DNA of 63,955 bases, filler included, from Hausera hauseri (GCA_046269625.1; 10 parts of 10 records of this genome joined end to end with filler, not necessarily neighbours in it); one strand, 5' to 3'. Shown: positions 25,474-39,380, counted from the first letter of the whole stretch. Translations and numbers: made by a program. Notes: generated by a model from the sequence alone, not told the origin.

Positions 25474-25779
25474 NNNNNNNNNNNNNNNNNNNNNNNNNNN
25501 NNNNNNNNNNNNNNNNNTTAATTAATTAANNNNNNNNNNNNNNNNNNNNNNNNNNNNNNNNNNNNNNNNNNNNAATCATAAAACTCATTTGTGGTTACAC
25601 AACCAAGTCAAAGATGATTTTAATGAACATAAGGATACAATTTCTCAAAATGTGTCCAATACTGTAACAATCTCAGCACCAGTTGTTCACATGGGATTAA
25701 AATGGATCGCGAACAATACCAATGCTCCATCCAAATTAAAAAGTTCCCGAAATCCGAAATCATGCATTAAAAACAAGTG

Positions 25780-28700
25780 ACACGATATGTCATAGTTGGG
25801 ACAGGAGAAACAACACTCCATGACTTCCTGGATTATTCAAAGAATGAAATTGCTGGAATTCTACATGATAACTTGATTGAGCTCAAGACCATCAAAGTCA
25901 ATCCAATAGTAGAGGCCACATTCACCAATGTGGAGGGCGAAGAATAAAATAGGGCTTTCAAAACGAAAAATAAGCCAATATTGAAAGCCAGAAATTTTTC
26001 AGAGTTTCTGCATGAGGAACATGCAAAACTCATACATGAAGCTGAGGAGAGTCAGAATAAGAAGAGTGGGTTGACTCATGCAACCATAAAACGATTGATC
26101 CTTCATGTATAAAAGTACTATCCTATGTGAGGAAGCTCTTATATAAAGCTTCTGGAATGGATTGCACTGCAAGAAGTATGTGTCAATGTTTAAAATGACG
26201 ATAACATGTGCTTCAAATATTCCATCTTTTCAAAATTCGCAGTCATAAAGGATCAAAAGCATGTTTCACGTGTTTCAATATATCAAGATATTCAACATAA
26301 TTATAATTTCAATTGTATTCCGTTTCTACCAGCAATGGATAACATCAAAAGATTTGAACAAGTGAACCAGATATCTATCAATATCTTTGGAGTGAATGAA
26401 ACGGATAAATTCCATCCTTTAAAAGTATGCAAAGCTGAATTGAAGGACCATATAAATCTGATCCTGTTAGATAATGTTGAAAAAAGGCATTTTATTTTGA
26501 TCAAGAACTCTACGTCTTGTGAGATCCCAAATAAAAAGTATACTGCCAGAAATGAGTTCTGCAAACGATGCTTATCCCACTTCAGTGGTGACTTAGCTGT
26601 GAAGAGGCTTGAAAAAACAAAATGTATTGCAACAGCAATCATAGAATCAGAATGGAATTCTCCAAAGAAGATTCTACTGAATTCAAAAAATATGAGAAAA
26701 TGCAGTGTCAATTGAAAGTATGTTGCAACCTTGAGCCTATCCCTAGTCCAGTTCAGACTTGTAGTCCAAATCCTTAACAAAGTAATACAACAGCATCCCA
26801 ACATCCTGAGATGTCATCTTTTTGTATGTATGCAAAAAGAATGGATGAGGAGCCATATTTAATCAGGGTTCCAATGCAGTACATTCTTTTATGCACAGAT
26901 TGGAAACCTAAAAGTATGATAATATCATCCAATAAAGATGAATGGAGAAGTGCAACAACATGTTACATGTGTTGCAAACCATTAACGATGGACAATTACA
27001 AGGTACGTGATCATTGCCATGTAACAGACAAGTACACATGTGCAGCATGCGATTCATGCAATCTACGATGCAGAACAGTGACATTTGTGCCTGTGATCTT
27101 CCACAATCTCAATGGCTATGATTCCCATTTCATAGTTCGAGAGCTTGGCAATATTGATATCACCCCAAACAGTGAGGCGAGATATGTCACTTTTACCAAG
27201 CATATGGGACACATAAGACTCCGATTCATTGACATTTTCCGTTTAATGGGTTCACAACTTGATGGCTTCATCGAGAATCTTCCATCAGATGAACTAAAGG
27301 AAATAAAGAAATTCTTCCCAGGTACATTTAACTTGGTCAAAAGGAAAGGAGTTTTCCTCTGAGTATATCGCATCATGGGGATCGCTGGATGACACACCAT
27401 TGCTAGTCAAGAAGGACTTTTATAGTCAGCTGTCAAACTCAGATATCAGTGATTCTAACTATGAGCATGTTCAAAAGGTCTGAAATGCATTCCAATGTAA
27501 CACAATCGGAGAATACAGTGACATTTATCTAAAAACGGATGTGCTACTATTAATAGATGTCTTTGAGAGCTTCATAGAGGTGACACATAAGAGCCATGAG
27601 TTGGATTCATCTCATTTCTTCACCGCCATAGGAATGAGTTGGGAAGCAATGCTGCGATGTACTGGTGTAAAGCTGTAGATCTTGAAGGGTTACAACATGA
27701 TCCTCATGATCGAGAAAGCATTTGTGGAGCATCTGCCGGGTCATTCACAGATATAGTGAGGCCAACAATAGGCACATGGAAGATTATGATGCATCCAAAT
27801 CATCTACATAACATACTTGGATTCCAACAACTTGTATGGATGGGCAATGAGCGTCCCATAGCCATATGATAACTTTAAATGGGATGGGTATCCCAAAGAC
27901 ATTGCAATACAATATCTAAATCCCAATGGAGATATGGGTTACATATTCGAAGTAGACGTGGAATACGATCATTCAATCCATGCAAGGCATGCACAGATGC
28001 CTTTTCTACCATACAGCAAACTGCCACCTATGGGAAATTCAAGAAGCTGATGTGCCATCTAGGCAACAGACAACAATATGTAGCCCATTACATTAATCCC
28101 CAACAGGCCATGAAGAATGGACTTCGAATAACAAATATCCATCCTACCCTACAGTTTAATCAGTCAATGTGGCTACAGCCGTATATTGACTTCAATACGC
28201 AGCTAAGGGCCAATGCCAAAAACGATTTTGAGAAGGATCAATTCAAGTTGTATAACAACAGTGTTTTTGACAAAACGATGGAGAATATCAGGAACAAGAT
28301 AAACACCGAACTGGTATGTGATTGAAAGATAGCAAAGAAGCTCTCAGTCAAGCCAAACTTCCACAGTAGCACAATATAGCGGGAAAATCTGATAAGTATC
28401 CATATGCTGAAAACACCACTGGAGTTCAATAAGCCATTTTATGTTGTTATGTCAATATTGAACTTGTCAAAGACCTTGATGTATGACTTCAACTACAACA
28501 TCATGGTTCCAACATTCAAGGAGTTGCAGTTAATGTATATGGATATTGATTCATTCATCTATCAGATCCATACTAAAGACATATTTGAGGATTTTGCAAA
28601 ATTGGCTCAACATATGGATACTTCTGACTATCCGGATGATCATAAAAATTATTCTGCTGCCAATAAGAAAGTCCTCGGAAAGTTCAAAGATGAGGTGAAT

Positions 28701-28990
28701 GGGAATATCTTATCTCGATCCGTTGCATTTCGACCAAAGATGTGTCACTGACGTTACTGGACAGGCGAAAGCGGGCGGAGGCGTGCAAATGGCCACATTA
28801 GCTAAAAAGATCGGCTTCAAAGACTATGGCAGTTCTGAGAGATCGGACTCTTATAATATCTGAAATGAGAAGGATCCAATCTCAAGTTCATTAAATTCAA
28901 ACAGCAGCGCTGCGGAAAAGGGCCTTGACTCAGTGGACGACAAAACAAACGTATTAGAAGATAATGTTGTTAAAATGCCTCGTGGATATC
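25780..28990 (+). pseudogene. Protein-primed family B DNA polymerase (Maverick/Polinton/adintovirus type), decayed
   Basis: GSSYIKL, NDDNMCFKYSI, CKRCLSHF, RDHCH...CDSCNL (endonuclease VII-like), PVIFHNLNGYDSHFI, KGVF, LDSNNLYGWAMS, KNDFEKDQFKLYNNSVFDKTMENIR, YMDIDS, KKVLGKFKDE, terminal DDK. Confidence 0.92.
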
Positions 28991-29239
28991 TTTCATTGTG
29001 GTAATGTTATTTGTTTAGATGTTATTGTTTGTACATGTTGAATAAATGTTTTGAATCAATGTCTTGAGTTTTCATTAAGTAATGTGGAATATGTAACTAT
29101 ATAGGTTAAGTAAATACATTAATCAATAAAATCAATATTTGAAAATTGAATTAATAATAAATTCTCAATACAAACTTTCGATCAATAAATCAAGACAGTA
29201 TATCAATAATTGTATTAATCTGTCATTATTTAAAAATAC

Positions 29240-29508
29240 ATAATACGTGTGGCGTTTGCCTTAAAGAAATGACTGGGAAATATATTCGATTGGCAACGTA
29301 TGAAAAACACAAATTTTGTGTTGGTTGCCTTAGAAGGTGGCTACGACCTAAGAAAATTTGTCCAATATACAGGATGAAATGTGATTATGTCGTTAACCAG
29401 GATGGGAATGATCAGATGTTGTGTGTTGCATTGGTAGGAAGAATAACAATGTACATAGATGATACGTGGGTAGACAGTGATAATAATAGTGACTTAACTA
29501 TTACATAA
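29240..29508 (+). CDS. Small RING-finger-like ORF downstream of PolB (degenerate)
   Basis: CGVC...KHKFCVGCLRRW...CPIYR; C3HC4-like spacing with two ligands lost. Confidence 0.6.
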
Positions 29509-31359
29509 TTGCTGTATTTATGTTTTTTATTGTTATATTAAAACATGTTTTATACAAGTCTTTTGTTTTAAAAAGCAAGTATTTAAAACATTTATTTGGT
29601 AGAAACATAACCTTGATACAAAGCTAAAACTTATTATANNNNNNNNNNNNNNNNNNNNNNNNNNNNNNNNNNNNNNNNNNNNTTAATTAATTAANNNNNN
29701 NNNNNNNNNNNNNNNNNNNNNNNNNNNNNNNNNNNNNNAGGTTGAAATTGAAGCAGCTGCAGCAACGCGAACATAAAAAGAAAAGCGTTAGTGAAATGCT
29801 GTAATCCTATAGAAAATATGCTTAAAACTCAAATCATCGTTATTGAATAAAAGTATATCGCGAGATACTGAGTAGAAAAGTTTCAAGATGGCGGCCCTAC
29901 AGCACAATAGCGTTCAATGCAGGATAATGAACCTAAATGAACCTGAACGCAACATCCGTGGAAGGGAAGCGTGAAGGGACAAACTACCTCCCACTTGTAC
30001 TTTGCTTTCACTCGAACAGAAAAACAAGGCCAAAAAAAGCCTTTCAAAACAAACCCCAAAAACTGGAAGCCACGACTCACAACATTTATATGCGACTTTA
30101 GGAAAAAAACAACCCCAAAGTCGCTTATAATTAGCGTACTTGGCAACTACGGTATAAAAAATCCAGTGCTCTATATATATATATAAAATCGGAGTTGCAA
30201 AATGGCGGCCGCATGTATAACTGGAAGTTGATGAAAGTAACTATTTTAAATAGTCCATAAACCATCAAATGCAATACTAAACACTTTAGGAAATTTAAAT
30301 ATGAACTACACTATTTTTCAGCCAATTACTTTTGTTTTTACTTCTTCATTTCAACTTAAACAGAAACTTACCTCCACAGCTTTGCAGAATTCAGTGAATT
30401 TGAAGAACAAATCAGACGATTGTGAATCTCTGATCAGTAAACACTGTTCACTCCGTTTTTTTTTTCTTTTTAGCCAAAAAAAAACCACTAAGTGTGAGCT
30501 CACGAAAAGTTCGTTGAAACAGAACAAAGCCTGTTACAAACTGATTCAACTTTTGGCGCACAAACCTTTACGAAACCCATTCCACCAATGAATTTAAAAG
30601 AAAAATTCACATGACTACGAACAACCAATAAGCATTCAGTTCCTCACAGACGTATCAAGGCAAGCTAAAGGAACGCCGAATCCTTCCTAGACCAGTAGAC
30701 CGGAAGTTAGCAGCTGTGAATTGGGACAGCCTTCACGGTTACGTCAGCATATGTCCTGTCGCCTAGCAACCGTGACGACGCTCAGAAAAAGGAAGAAAAG
30801 AGCTCAAAATCTTGTTTGTACTGCTTTTTATTAATTCTAGAGGAAATACAGGAACTTTGTCACCGCTGACACCATATTTTCTATCTTCTGCTGACAGAAT
30901 CATACCCAGGTAACTTGCTTTTTTTTGGCTACAAAACTTTAGAGGAATATATGTTAACTTCAGCTGGTTTCATGGATAATTTCAGTGACTGACCGACTAA
31001 TGTATTAACTTTATTAACTTGTGAATAATAAATAAATTTTAAATTTATCTTATTAATAATTTAATGAAAATTAATATATTATAATCTTTAACTTATCTGA
31101 AATTTAGAATACAACATAACATTTGCCAATACTGTATTTTATTTTATAAAATCCATTGGTACAAAAAGTGCCTGTAAAAATGTTAAAAACAGGTTTCTTT
31201 CATTTCTTTTACTAATAAAATAGCACTGAAGTGTTTTCATTGAGCATCACAATATTTACCTTAAGCCTCATTATTATGATAACGCTTTGATATCTTATAC
31301 AAAATTAAATCTTAAACTAATGTTTTTGTTTTTCTCTACATTTCCTGAACCAGACCAGA

Positions 31360-31735
31360 CCCTTGTACTGGAAGATTAACCCGAGTGTCCCAGTCCTGGA
31401 CTGTTACTTTAACCAAGAAGATCCTAGACCAGATTTCTGATGAAGCAGGGAGTCTCTGGCAGAGCTGCTTCATCTCCTGGACCTGCATCCACGACATGGT
31501 TGGGGGGCCACAACTGAGACCCTGGTGTTTGGTTTCTGGCTGGCAGGTGGAGCATCCTGCAGGGTGGTGTCAGGAGTATTTGTGATGCCTCGTTCTGCTG
31601 TCCACTGCATCGTCCATCTGACAGAAGAGGTGGTGTCCATTCACCACCAGGTCATCCACCTGCCTGAAAACCCAGAGGACCTGGAGGTGCTGTCCCATGG
31701 GTTTGCAGGGCTGACAAGCCACAGAGCCTTTTATT
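31360..31735 (+). mobile_element. PIF/Harbinger (HARBI1-like) transposase fragment, teleost type
   Basis: HGWGATTETLVFGFWLAGGASCRVVSGVFVMPRSAVHCIVH...HQVIHLP...GFAGLTSHRAF resembles the HTH region of fish Harbinger nucleases; truncated before the GAIDG motif. Confidence 0.7.
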
Positions 31736-31919
31736 ATTGTTTTGAATGAACTTGATGTTAATAAAATGAATTATTGACAACTACTAGTTTTTGTAATCAC
31801 TTTATTTTCAAATTTTAAACAAAAAACACATTTTGCAATAACATAAAAATACAATCAATTACTTCATTTACTTATTTGCAAATCCTTCTGACATTGTGAA
31901 AAGTCTCTCCATTCTGTCT

Positions 31920-32302
31920 ACTTACATTTGTTTTTGTTGAGGCCCACCACCGAAAAAACCCTCTCTGCATCTGCATTCGAATGTGGGAGGACGAGGACCA
32001 GCTTTGAGGTTGCAGGAAGCCTTGGAAATCTGAGTACTCCTGTCACCTGTGACAAATGAACCAGGTCTCTCTTGTAAATGAGTCCTCGAGGCTCAATGAG
32101 ATTAACCTGCCTAAATAAAGGTTGAATGAAAAATAATGGAAATATGCTTCCAAGTGACGTTTTCTTTTAAGTCCTTTAGCCAATTCATCCCTGTATCACT
32201 GTATCTTCCACAGACCTTCAAATGTACAGGTATCAGGAATGCTTGAGAGGTTATTTCGACTGTGTTCTTGGTGTTAAAAAATAAGCTTTACCTTATCTTT
32301 CC
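31920..32302 (-). mobile_element. hAT-type transposase C-terminal fragment
   Basis: RFPRL...LVLVLPHSNADAERVFS on the minus strand (hAT dimerisation-domain motif). Confidence 0.65.
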
Positions 32303-33297
32303 TTTCTATAGGATTACAGCATTTCACTAACGCTTTTCTTTTTATGTTCGCGTTGCTGCAGCTGCTTCAATTTCAACCTGGACAGAAAAAGCTGCCACAC
32401 AACTACGTAAGTGCGTGGTGACGTAATGTTATGCAACGCTTGAGTCCAGAAGGCGGTAGCAGGCTAAAAAAAAAAGACGGTAGCAGGCTAAGCTAATCTC
32501 TAACGCGCGTTCCTAACAAAGAGCCCAGGCTCAACTCGAAGCAGGACATTGTTACTGCGTTACAGTGTGGAGGTTTAGCACATAGCACAGCTGAGCCAAC
32601 TACAGTAGAGACGAGCTGAATCACAAACAGAGCAGCTCCAGCACACACAGTTATGAATCAAAGTGATCAGAGCAGATTCTTGGATGTTTTTCAAAGTGGA
32701 TCCTTGCGGTTAAAGTTTCCTAGCCAGACTACGACGTTGTGCACTCAGCTCCTCCCCTGATGTTTGGGATTAAATGAAAACTGCACTTTGTCAAACCGTC
32801 TGTCCGGTTGGACCATCTTCTAAACCGACACGGAACAACTGTTGCATTTAAAGAAAAAAATCTACGACCTTGCTCAGCTGCGCCTGCAGCTCCTGCCTGC
32901 CTACAAAGATGGCGGTTAGCGACAAAGTGCTCAGACGTGATGAGAACTATGCATTATCGTTTAATCTACAGGAGGTCGAAGGTCACGTGGCTTTCAGGAG
33001 ACATTAGAAGGTCATGTATAGTAGAACCTTTGCTCAAAGATCTGAACTCAGGAGTAATCAGACAAGACTCGTCTGCAGCAAAACCTTTTATTTTGCTACA
33101 ACCTCATAGTGAACCCGGTCTCCCATCTTGTCTCGTGAGACGAGTCTCGTTATAGTTATGGAAACTACAAACGGTTTGAGATGATTGAGACGCCTGCAAC
33201 AACTCCAGTAAGGACGTTGTGGAGGCTCTCTAATGAGAGCAGCTCTTCATCAGGTCTCCAGTGAGATACTACCCTGAACAGTGAAAACTACAATTAC

Positions 33298-33621
33298 CTG
33301 TGGCCGTTCTCCCATCACCTGCGTCATAATGGGTGAATGACTGTGAACGTGGTGGTAAACGGGAGCAGCCTCACGATGTGGAGGAAACGTTGTTGGAGAC
33401 GTCCGTTCTCTGGGGGAGTTGTTGGGCCACTCCTCCGTCTGATGGCGATGAAAAGGCTGCTGATTGTCTGCGTAGGGAACACGTTGGGCATAAACGAAGG
33501 GGTTTAACTGAGGCTGTGTTGGGCCCCCTCCACCCTCATGGATCACTGGGATAGAGATGTACCCGGGCTGGAGACCGGCGCTACTGGACCGGGATAACTG
33601 CTGATGAGGGGCGGGGTAAAC
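33298..33621 (-). CDS. bag3: BAG3-like next exon (second IPV motif)
   Basis: Acceptor ttttccag| at 33621; SSSAGLQPGYISIPVIHEGGGG; donor |gtaatt at 33297; 324 bp, phase 0 and compatible with the preceding exon. WW and BAG exons are not recognised in this contig. Confidence 0.8.
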
Positions 33622-34178
33622 CTGGAAAACAGTACACAGTAGAAATTTGACTTTAGCTCGTGTCTAATAAAAAAAAGAAAAAAAAAAGCTTGTTTTATTA
33701 GTAAAAACAATATTATGATCCATCTCACTTCACAATTAATTTAATTTTAGCTAAAAATCCATACACATCAACTGAATTATAAATCTTTTTCTCTTGTCTA
33801 AAGTACACCAACTGTGGCGGCCATCTTGGATCAGGTTAACACCAAAAGCTACTCGATTGTAATGTTCAGTGACGAACTTACAAACGTTTCATTAAAAGCA
33901 GCTATGCTACTTTTTACCTTTAGCCATCATTGTTCCTTTTAGGTAGAACAGTTTAACTCATTTTAGCATCTGTTTAGCTACTTTTAGCCAAAAACAAAGT
34001 TTTGCTTGATTTGCCAATTTCAACGTTTTTGCTCATTTTAGCTGCTTGTTTTATCTTTAGCTACAGTTTAGCTAGTTTGAGCTCGTTTCTTGCTCCTTTT
34101 AACTGCAACATCTCAGTTTCAGCTTCAGCACTCTGTGTTTGGGCAGAGTTTTCACAGATGGTGATTTCACTCCCCCAC

Positions 34179-34514
34179 CTCGGTTGTTTGAGACACCGGT
34201 GATCCGACTTGGCCCGGCTCAGGAGAGCAGCTCTCAGAAGGTCCGTGTAACGGCGATCTGGGTCGGCTGTGCTGGATACCAGACGCCTGAGGCGATGTCT
34301 GTCCATCTGTCTGGGCGTTCTGTGCCGTGATCGGCTGGATGTAGGAGTAACAGGGGTTCTGTTGCCTGACATCGGATCCCTCGTGGATGATCGGGATGGG
34401 AATATAACCAGGTCGAAGGATGGGGTGCTTCATCTCTCTAACAAAGGACTTGCGAGTCTCTTGAGGACTGGGTTCTGTCAGTACACTGGGTCCATTTGAT
34501 GAAACTTCTAGACT
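34179..34514 (-). CDS. bag3: BAG3-like co-chaperone internal exon (first IPV-type motif), teleost-like
   Basis: Acceptor ttttttctag| at 34514; SLEVSSNGP...LRPGYIPIPIIHEG; donor |gtgggg at 34178; 336 bp, phase 0. Confidence 0.8.
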
Positions 34515-35801
34515 CTAGAAAAAAAAAGTAACATTATGAAGAACCTAACAACCCTTCTTTCTCTTGACAACAAATTAATCTTATCATAAACTCTACAAAC
34601 CATATTCACCACAACAAAAAAGTACAACACCAGAGTAAAACAGGGACTCGGGGACCATCTTTGATTTGCAACATCAGGGTGTGACAAAATAAAATAAACA
34701 CTGGAATGGCCACTGACCGATGGCACTGGGTGATTTGTAGCCACCATCATGCTAGGTGCTGCATTATCACTCCATAAAGCTTAAAGGTCAAAAACTACAC
34801 ATTGTTTACACACTGAGGCCTTGGGATGCCATGTTGGGAGAAACTAAAGATGCCATGTAGCATCTACCAAAATGGCGCCACAAATTCTCACCTCATTAGC
34901 AAAGACTGTGCTGTGGTTGGCCGACCCAGAGCATCTCTAGCATCCACAGTATTGTGTTTTAACCTAAATCAAATATTTATACATTTTGTTATTCAGTTAT
35001 GATTGTTTGAATAATTTTGACATTTTTAATTCTTATTTAAATTTATTTACAGCTCCTACACTTGTGATAATTAAAAAATAGGATGTAGTGTAAGAGGCGA
35101 TGTTGGTAGAAGAGCCCGACTGATATCAGTAGGGCCGATATTCTAGGCTCATAGACATTTGAGGACATATTGGTATCGGTGATCAATGGCCCATTATGCA
35201 CCACTATAAACACTTCTAGTTTTCACCCCTGAAACACTGGGAACCAGCAGTGTCCTTACCTGCACAAGGCGTCATTGTACAATGTATCTAGCAAAGGGTG
35301 CATGCGGACTACTTTCAAGTCATGGTTGTTCACTTTTTCTTCGAGCACAGCGTAGCAGGGAGCAGCTAAATACGTGTAGCATATTTTGCTGAACAGCGCA
35401 TGGTAAATGTATTGTAAATGATCTGTAAAATAAATAAATCAACAACAATAAAGTCTCTTCAATCCTCCAACCTGCTCATCATTAGCTATGTGCCTCTCAA
35501 CTTAGCAAGCTAATGTTTACATAACCTGGCACAGGCTATTGCCTTGTAAAACTTTATCCAGAACAATAAATCTAATTTAGTAGTAAAATATTTCAGTGAT
35601 AGTAATGTTATCTTTGTTGTCCTCAATGAAATGCATTGTTTGTCTGAAATCTGTACTTCTCTGTAAAGAAAAAAAGTTGCTGCCATCAATACCAAGTAGG
35701 CCTCACCATATGTGACTGACTGTTCAAACAATGAACAGGGAAGGACGTTTCTTTGTTCAATTTATATTTTTCTAACACTTGATAACTTTAGGGCGAACTG
35801 T

Positions 35802-36072
35802 ATCTGCATTCGAATGTGGAAGGACGAGGACCAGCTTTGAGGTTGCAGCAAGCCTTGGAAATCTGAGTACTCCTGTCACCTGTGACAAATGAACCAAGAA
35901 TATAATGGAAATATGCTCCTAAGGGAGGTTTTCTTTTAAGTTCTTTAACCAATTGATCCCTGTATCACTGTATCTTCCACAGACCTTCAAATGTACAGGT
36001 ATCAGGAATGCTTGAGAGGCTATTTCTACTGTGTTCTTGGTGTTAAAAAATAAGCTTTACCTTATCTTTCCG
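35802..36072 (-). repeat. Second direct copy of the hAT fragment at about 31966-32302
   Basis: Near-identical ATCTGCATTCGAATGTGG...AAGCTTTACCTTATCTTTCC; the first copy carries an extra internal insert. Confidence 0.85.
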
Positions 36073-37359
36073 TATAGCTATTTCAGCCCAAAAACTCTCC
36101 ATTTCAAATTCTTCTTGGTGCTGCAGTGGTGGCATCGTCATTGTCTGGTACTCCAGACACTCCTCTGGTCCATGGTAGGGGAGCAGGTGGGGGAAACCTA
36201 TGTATGAGCAAAGAGTTACAAGTTTTTTTATTTGCTGATAGTCATCAACCAACAACAGAAAATAAATAAAAGCATTTTAAGTGGACTGAAACACATCCAA
36301 CTTCATCTCAACTTGGACAAAATAATTTATTTGGTAACCAAACAAAAAAACAACATTCACTCTAAAACATGAGTGGAATAAAGTCAGTGAGCCTATTTCA
36401 CTTGAGCAAGCTTCTGAACTATGTGGGACAAATTATATTTGTCTCCTTGTTTAATGGCAAGTCTTTATCTCAATATGAGAATAAAATAAAATAAAAACAC
36501 CAAAGAATCCTTTTGGGGTCCTTAATAAAAAAATAAAATAAGAGCTGGCCAGCAAAAAAAATGTTTATATAGAGCTCTATATTTGTGTGTGTGTGTGTCT
36601 GATGCATACAAAAAAAATCAGATGAACGAGGTTGTCCTGACTGGGAACGGCGACCCAAAGTGATGATGGTGACTGGTCTCCACCGATGCAGGAAAAGCTC
36701 AGCAGCCTCCCTGTTGTCCTCCACAGGTACACCTCAGCAATTTCGCTCTCAGCAATGTTTTGTCCTAATAGTGCAAATACCTTTGGCAGCAAGATAAAGC
36801 ACATGATAGATCAATGGTCACCAAATAAACCAAATGTAGGGCCTTAGAACTACCAATGCTATTAGAAAATCTATTGCAATGGTCTTTTCCCAACCGGGGC
36901 CGCTAAGTGGCATACAGTGAGAACATAAGCCCGTTGCTCTCTAGGCAGACATATAGGAAACATACATATTAAATAGCGAAGTTAAACGCGAAAATTCAAG
37001 CAGTGAAACAGGGTAATTTAGAATGAGCTTTGCAATATCATGTTACCTACAAATAATAATAAACGAAAGACGTATTTACTCCTACAGACTTATAAGGAAA
37101 TGTGGAGCCAGTCTTCACATTTTTGCTTAACATGTGGAATATGTTTGGGTTATGTGGATCAGCATAACACCAGGCCGCTTTAATATTCCCAGCGAAATGT
37201 ATGGTGCATAGAAATCAGTTGTCGATGAACTCTGTTCCATTAAGTGATTAAGTGATCTTGCAGTAGCTTGATTTGACGAAAGAAAGAAAATGAAAGTTTT
37301 AAAGTGTGGGATACACTGTTTCATTTAAACCTAATTTGACACAGTAATTAATATCATAC

Positions 37360-37585
37360 CTAAGAGACTCACGTTGACTGGGTCCTTGAATCCTTGCTTG
37401 ACAAAACAGATAATGTTTATAGTGTTTGTCACAATACCAAATATATCGATCAGCTGACACGTGATCGAGAAGATTATCCACTCTAGAATGTATTGTAAGT
37501 CTTTGCTTGATATCAGTTCCGGTTTAAGGTTCAGTTTTGATACCCAGATTTCATCATTCAGCGAAGCGTTTCCCGTATCTGTCAT
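37360..37585 (-). CDS. First coding exon of a rhodopsin-class GPCR resembling gastropod chemosensory/FMRFamide-receptor-like genes
   Basis: N-glycosylation site NAS; TM1 LIDIFGIVTNTINIICFVKQGFKDPVNVSLLG (pattern typical of Aplysia/Biomphalaria-type receptors); splice donor G|GTATGA at 37359. Confidence 0.7.
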
Positions 37586-39380
37586 CCTTGAAGGGAAAGA
37601 ATTTTAGAACAAAGGAACAGACACGAAAATAATAGGCAATTATATCTGCGGACAACAATTAATGCTCATGTCATACCTGGTTCTTCTTCTTGTTTGGGTT
37701 CGGACAGGTCCACTGTGATCCCGATGCTCTTGGCAAGTCAAGAAGCTTCCATTTTAGTGTCCGGTCTATGTGTTTCCCGGCGGTTTGAGTGCGCGTGAGA
37801 CATGGGATCGAGTACTGGCCGTCATCGATATAACGCCAATGCCCCATGCAACAGTCTAGGCGTTTCTGAGCAATGATCTGAGCCTTGTCATTCAGTAGGA
37901 TAGGGGAAATCAGGATAAGCGGCCAACGGAAACATCCCCCTGCTCGAGTGCATGTTGAGTCGGCAGAGCCTTGTCTGTTCCGAAATGAAAACACTAAGAG
38001 CCCACGACTGCACAACCGTGAAGGTAGGATTGTCTTAACTGACACACCTGGAACTTTCAGCCATTACTCACCTCAGACGTTTTTTAACTCTTTATTCATT
38101 TATGACACGAGACTAATGTAAAGTGTTGTATAGTTAATGTTTGTTGTCTTTCATTTTCCTTCCAGGTTTTCACACTAATGGTTTATTATTGTTGTTGTTG
38201 TTGTTCGATGTCCACATCATCGAGCGTCAACTCTTCTGGATGCCCAAGAAGGGCTATTGCAGTCCTAAGAACGACTATGGAGGAGGGTTGTTAAGCTTTC
38301 GTTCTGTCCCGGTGGTGTCTAAGGTGGACCAAGANNNNNNNNNNNNNNNNNNNNNNNNNNNNNNNNNNNNNNNNNNNNTTAATTAATTAANNNNNNNNNN
38401 NNNNNNNNNNNNNNNNNNNNNNNNNNNNNNNNNNTTCTCACCCCGTGATTATGTGCTCTCCTACCATTGGCCACTTTTCCTTATCCCGATGACGTGTTCT
38501 CCTCCCATTGGCTTACTTCCTTCCCTGGCGAGGAAGGGGGTTTGGCTCGTAGTCCTCACTTCCACCTACTAACATGAACTCCAATGTGATTTAGAAGTTG
38601 AAGAAAACATTAGCAAAATTTAATCCAAAACGCTAGAAAGTTTAGCAGCAAAAACAAATAATTATTAAATATCAAATACTTGCACAGACAAATATTAGTG
38701 TTAAATAAATTTTCATTAAATGTTTAGAAAATACAGAATTGTGAAATTGTCAAATAGAATAGTCTGATGTATTGCTGGACTATTTGCTTAATTTTGAAGA
38801 ATTAGTTAAAAATTTATGATGATAATAACTAGTGAGCAAATCGATCCAATATGATTTTAGGAACGCGTAGTTGAAATTTGGAGGAAAACTCTGAATAAAC
38901 AGCCAAATTGAATGAATCTGAAATTTTGTCGATGGAGTAAACTGAGCAACTTTGACACAGTTTCGAGAATTTTGGTATTAGGGAAATCTGAATTAAATCT
39001 CAATTGCAACCATGATTTGGACTGTCTAAATTTTGTAACGCACGCACGCTTTCGAAAATGCGTGAAATAAAGGGGCACCTGGACCGAAATTTGTATCTGA
39101 AAAGAGATTAAACAAAAATGCCTGAATGTTTGTGGCCAAATATGAAATACTACTACAAAACTTAGGAATAACAAAAACGTTTCGAATTTTCAATTGGTAA
39201 ACTGCGAATTACTGTGGTCGTTCGTAACTTTCTTCAAGAAAAATGATTTAAATCGTAGTACAAATTTTGGATAATATCTGTTCACTTTGGATCATATCTG
39301 TTCACTATCACTGCTAATGATACTTGAAAAGAACGATGTCTGATTCTGAGTATTGCGAGTGTATTAAAACACCAGGTTTC

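Larger units (their letters stand above)
29739..32379. repeat. Perfect 77-bp inverted repeat pair (29739-29815 and 32303-32379)
   Basis: AGGTTGAAATTGAAGCAGC...CCTATAGAAA is the exact reverse complement of TTTCTATAGG...TTTCAACCT. The left arm begins at the contig start. Confidence 0.9.

Noticed and set aside
29880-33830. Repeated AAGATGGCGG (YY1-like) and X-box-like motifs as a regulatory cluster
   Set aside because: Common short motifs in fish repeats and promoters; no linked transcription start can be shown.
37671-38050. Possible LINE ORF2 C-terminal remnant
   Set aside because: Only a vague CRLNMH-type resemblance; not supportable.
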